NCBI RefSeq assembly: GCF_001194135.2 | Contig: NC_069000.1 | Location: 41,187,916-41,222,651 of the forward strand | Source of the DNA: Octopus bimaculoides | Lineage: Eukaryota | Direction: 5' to 3' | Length of the DNA: 34,736 nt | Shown here: positions 30,450 to 34,736 of the stretch, piece by piece | Layout of the letters: each line of letters begins with the position of its first letter | How positions within the stretch are numbered: the stretch's first letter is position 1 | Translations under genes and position numbers: made by a program | Notes under the pieces: generated by a model | Databases searched by the model: none | What the model saw: the letters and a program-made list of their open reading frames with translations, nothing else | What the model was told of the DNA's origin: nothing

Positions 30450-30700
30450 TAGACACGGAAGCACGTGACCTAAGGTCACTTCCGGTTGCCATATTTTTTA
30501 CTGTATGTATGTTTGTATGTATGTTTGTATGTATGTATGGACAGCAATCACTTCAATAATAACTGTACGACACATGCGCATGACGACACTAAACAACTGG
30601 TTGTTATCGTTGTAAGTCGCCCTTGCTACCGTCGTTGTGTTCGCATTATTGTTGTTGTGGTGGTGGTGGTATTCGTCAATGTTATGGCGGCACCTGGTGG
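30450..30700. promoter_or_regulatory. Housekeeping-type promoter cluster (ETS, E-box, YY1-like, NRF1-like)
   Basis: CGGAAG 30456-30461, CACGTG 30462-30467, ACTTCCGG 30478-30485, GCCATATT 30488-30495, CATGCGCATG 30573-30582, ATGGCGGC 30684-30691. Confidence 0.5.
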
Positions 30701-31590
30701 TGGTGGTTGCACCCTTTTTTATTTTTTTCCTATTTTGATTCTTCAAGTCTAAGGAAAGTCGGTTCCCTTTTTTCCACCCCACGATTTTACCTTGTTAGGT
30801 CCGCACTCAGAAATAACGTGAGACCGTCTTAAATCTTAAGCATTTCAAACAAACAAAACCTTCATTTCACCACTTCCACGTATATACATTCATATATTCA
30901 TATATATATATATATATATATATATTACTTACTAGTCATCGACCCATCACCGGACTAACAACCCCGATCGTCCGCGCGTACAATTTAACATTTAAAAACA
31001 ATTTATCCCCGATTTGTATTATATATATATATTTATATATAATGTATATGTGTGTGTGTTGAAACACCTCTGTTGTTTACCACCAACCCCACTAAATTAC
31101 ACGATCTTATTCTCATTTAAGTCGTATATATATATATATATATATANNNNNNNNNNNNNNNNNNNNNNNNNNNNNNNNNNNNNNNNNNNNNNNNNNNNNN
31201 NNNNNNNNNNNNNNNNNNNNNNNNNNNNNNNNNNNNNNNNNNNNNNNNNNNNNNNNNNNNNNNNNNNNNNNNNNNNNNNNNNNNNNNNNNNNNNNNNNNN
31301 NNNNNNNNNNNNNNNNNNNNNNNNNNNNNNNNNNNNNNNNNNNNNNNNNNNNNNNNNNNNNNNNNNNNNNNNNNNNNNNNNNNNNNNNNNNNNNNNNNNN
31401 NNNNNNNNNNNNNNNNNNNNNNNNNNNNNNNNNNNNNNNNNNNNNNNNNNNNNNNNNNNNNNNNNNNNNNNNNNNNNNNNNNNNNNNNNNNNNNNNNNNN
31501 NNNNNNNNNNNNNNNNNNNNNNNNNNNNNNNNNNNNNNNNNNNNNNNNNNNNNNNNNNNNNNNNNNNNNNNNNNNNNNNNNNNNNNNNNN

Positions 31591-31631
<41 letters not shown>

Positions 31632-31852
31632 TTGTATGTATGCATGCATATTTGTATCTGTTTGTGTATGTGTTTATAATGTGTGTATATATATATATAT
31701 ATTTGAATGTGTAATATGTATTAGTAAATTGCTCACACTCGTGTATGTGTGTAGTGTCCATTATAAGTAATATGAAATGCATATTTCATAAATTACATTT
31801 CTATAGATCGGTTGAGGGCACTCGTTGTGTGTGTGTGTGTGTGTGTGTATTT

Positions 31853-32330
31853 GGTCAGGTAGTGTTAAAATAGGTAGTAGAAATAAGGTCAAATTCATAA
31901 ATAGTCGATCATGATTGCGGTGGAGATATCAAGTTGTGGAAATGAAAATGTTGACACTTTACTAGGTCAGTCTTTACTTGCAATTCCTGTTTTTTTTCTC
32001 CTCCCCCACCATCTCTCTCTCTCTTTTACGGCAGTTTGCTTGCACCCGCTGGCTGCATATTTTTTGGTCAGGCTGCTCTCACATCTCGCGCCTGACTGCG
32101 GTCAGTTTGCATCCGTCTCGTGTTTGTCTGCATTTTGGTGGCCGCATGTCTATGGTCAGTGAGTATTCCTTCTAATCAGATTGTCAGGGGTTGAGTTTAT
32201 ATACACTTGCTTATCAGCCATACACGTGCTGACTGAATCGACTGTTTACAGGTACTGATTGTTATGGTGTGGTCAGTTTGTACTTGGTAACTGGTCAGCA
32301 AACACCTACTGATTATCATTGTCTGGTCAG
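31853..32330 (+). promoter_or_regulatory. Cluster of eight same-strand GGTCAG motifs (putative enhancer or 5' exon region)
   Basis: GGTCAG at 31853, 31965, 32066, 32100, 32154, 32271, 32293 and 32325. Confidence 0.4.
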
Positions 32331-32909
32331 CAAATCGTGTGTAAATAAAACTTGCAGTTTCTACTGATTGCGACTATTTGGCGCTTGCCAAACTGTCGAC
32401 AAACACCAACACTGAGATAATGGATTATTTAAGCATTTCGATAATTTCTGAATAATTCAGAATTATAAGGAATTAACAACGTAACACCTCATGTATGGAA
32501 TTATATTTCACTTGTGTTCAACTGAGAAAAGTAATGGAATATTATGGGAGTTAACCTGGATCTAATTCAGTATTAAGGATATGATTTTAGCACCTTGAAC
32601 CGAATATCTGCAAGATTCATTTCATTAACTCATTTGTTACCATATTTCTGTTGAAATACATTGCCATTGATTCAATTAATTTTGAAAATAATAAAGAATC
32701 GGTCGTTATTTATGCTGTTTGGAACGTTGAGGTTTTAATGGACCACCACTTTAACATATGTGTGGGTAACCATGTAGCTCTAAACGTGTTTTCTTCTGAC
32801 CACTTCTCTTAAAGTTTAACCTCTCATATAACATAAAGCTGCCTCCCTCTTTTCTCTGTCTCCAATTTGTTGAAAGGAGTCTTAGTCTTGTCAGCTGTAC
32901 TTGTAGTGT

Positions 32910-33090
32910 CAAAAAAGAAGCACTCTGTACACTCTGTCAACTGGTTGGTGTTTTGAAGGGCATGTACTGTAGACACCTTACCAAAACTGACATTAGAGCA
33001 TGATGCAGTTAAGACTTACCGGATCCTATCAAACTGTCCAACCCATTGCAACATAGAAGACGGGCACTACAAAATGATGGTGATGATGAC
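32910..33090 (+). mobile_element. Highly degraded RTE 3' UTR copy
   Basis: ACACTCTG..TGGTTGGTGTTTTGAAGGGCATG..CTGTAGA..GTCCAACCCAT..GATGGTGATGATG, colinear with 18615-18808. Confidence 0.6.
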
Positions 33091-33842
33091 TTTGAATCAG
33101 AAAGTTTGTATCAGGAAAAGAGTTGGTTTCAGGCAGGTTGCTACTAAAAAGTGTAAAGTATAACAAATATTTTCGATGCTCATAAGCTAAAATGTTTAAC
33201 TTGATAACCATCAGTAGTAAATTGAGCTCTGAGGAACAACCTGTAGGTTTTGCCATCCAAATACAACATTCTTCATTCTTGACTTAGGACTATGCTGTCC
33301 ACTCCGCTATGCAGTGTGGAGGTAGTTATATATGCCGTATAAGTTTTGTATGCAAGGAGGTTGTGCAGTTAGTTAAACCTCTAGATAATTGTTAAAAGAC
33401 TGAGATGAGTAGCAATGTCCTCTGAGGCAGAACCATTCAACTCCTGCCGTTATAGAAAATGAATGTTTAAATAAAATTTGTTCTATAAATTTCACGTGTA
33501 CACTGACTAATTCCTTCTTGATTCTTTGTAGTGAATCAAGATGTATTCAATTGATGCATACTTTGAATTCTCTTTAGCTGGTTATAGTCAGTATATAAAT
33601 ATGAACTTGAAGTAATCATTGGGAAATAATTTTGGATTAGATAGAATCATCAAGTAAAAAGACCATTTAAAGATTTTTTTTTTTAGTTTATTTCTTGGAG
33701 AATTTCTTGTGATTTTCTACTAGGTGTACTATTCAAACTCTTGGCAGTTTGTGTTTTGTCAACAGAATGCCATTACCTGTTGCTCTCAGTGGCTCAATCA
33801 ACTTAACTGTAAATTGGTAACATTGGGGAGTACAACATCCTC

Positions 33843-34049
33843 TTAACCCTTTTGTTATTATAGTCCCAGTGAAATTTACTGTCTTAATTTCTAAAATAAA
33901 GAGTTTAGTAAAATAATTTTGTCATTATTAAGGTGGTGTATGAAACATGCCATGGAATTTTGAGGGAAAGCTTTTAGTTCAGTTTAAAATATCGATTTTG
34001 TATCATGGAAGCAGGGCAGTTTCAGGCAGATTGGTATTGAAAGGGTTAA
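33843..34049. mobile_element. TTAA-flanked MITE (piggyBac-like ends)
   Basis: TTAA|CCCTTT at 33843-33852 and AAAGGG|TTAA at 34040-34049. A related partial copy lies at about 32626-32700. Confidence 0.65.
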
Positions 34050-34177
34050 AGACATTGGCAGGTAATACTGTAAAATTAATGTTTCATTAGCTTTTGTGGT
34101 CAATTTCAACTCCATTAGGATGGTCTGGAGAGGGATGGAGCTTCCCAGTCTACACTTCTTGAAAAGCGAAAATGCCT

Positions 34178-34393
34178 TTAACTTGTTAGCATTCAGCTTA
34201 CTCTGTCAAATATAATGCTTATTTATTCACTTTGTTTTGAATTTATCATATTATTTGGTGGCTTTGAAATGTTGATGATCCAATTGAATATTATTTGAAT
34301 GATATTGTAGGGTAGGTGTGAGATGTGAGATCTGGCCAGGTTGAACATAAAACGGATTAATTATTTGGGCTGGTTTTGATGCTAAAGGGTTAA
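34178..34393. mobile_element. Second TTAA-flanked MITE family
   Basis: Left TTAACTTGTTAGCATTCA and right TGATGCTAAAGGGTTAA form an imperfect TIR pair. Confidence 0.6.
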
Positions 34394-34524
34394 TAATAGT
34401 AGAGTTCCCTATGATTTACAGTAAAGTTCCTTTAGATATGAGATCAGTATGTTTGCAACTTAATAGTTTCTGCTATAATCACTCACCTTCAAGGGTGGTA
34501 GCCTCTTTTTGTAAGATGTCTGTA

Positions 34525-34700
34525 GACATATGCATGACTGATTAAGAAGTTTGCTTCCCAGTTACATGTTTCAGGCTTCAGTCCTACTGTGTGACACTTG
34601 GTTAGTGTCTTCTACTATAGCCACAAGCTGACTAAAGCTTTGTAAGTGGATTTGGTCAATGGAAACTGAAAGAAGCCTATCACACACACACACACGAGTG
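34525..34700 (+). mobile_element. 5' half of a degenerate CORE-like SINE
   Basis: GTGTCTTCTACTATAGCC..AAAGCTTTGTAAGTGGATTTGGT..GGAAACTGAAAGAAGCC matches 6323-6397. Confidence 0.75.
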
Positions 34701-34736
34701 TGTGTGTATAAATACATATATATATATATATATATA

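Noticed and set aside
30684-30752. MAAPGGGG.. as the start of a + strand protein
   Set aside because: It stops after 22 codons with no convincing donor; ATGGCGGC is better explained as a YY1-like promoter or 5' UTR motif.

Overview
AT-rich, microsatellite- and transposon-dense animal genomic DNA with seven N-gaps. The SINE, RTE, Dong/R4 and Penelope content suggests an octopus-like cephalopod; this is recalled, not searched. Most ORFs in the supplied track are microsatellite, gap or transposon artefacts. The main result is a spliced minus-strand gene absent from the ORF track. Six exons (18871-18984, 17258-17411, 16484-16671, 15739-15789, 14119-14176, 10643-12582) have canonical AG/GT sites and fully consistent phases, giving an open frame of about 834 aa whose 5' start is not found. 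It joins a Gypsy/Ginger-type integrase zinc-binding module (H-x6-H-x29-C-x2-C, split across an intron) to a Myb/SANT-like trihelix domain where the integrase DDE core would normally begin, followed by an S/T-rich linker and a C-terminal coiled coil. This looks like a domesticated chimera of two transposon-derived DNA-binding modules. Its last intron holds an intact RTE-LINE three-C2H2-finger tail with a junction-created, in-phase splice acceptor, a candidate alternative terminal exon. The window also has a Penelope element with inverted terminal repeats carrying a nested Dong/R4 insertion in a (TAA)n tract, a 221-bp hairpin with a possible hammerhead, two promoter-like motif clusters and an 8x GGTCAG cluster.
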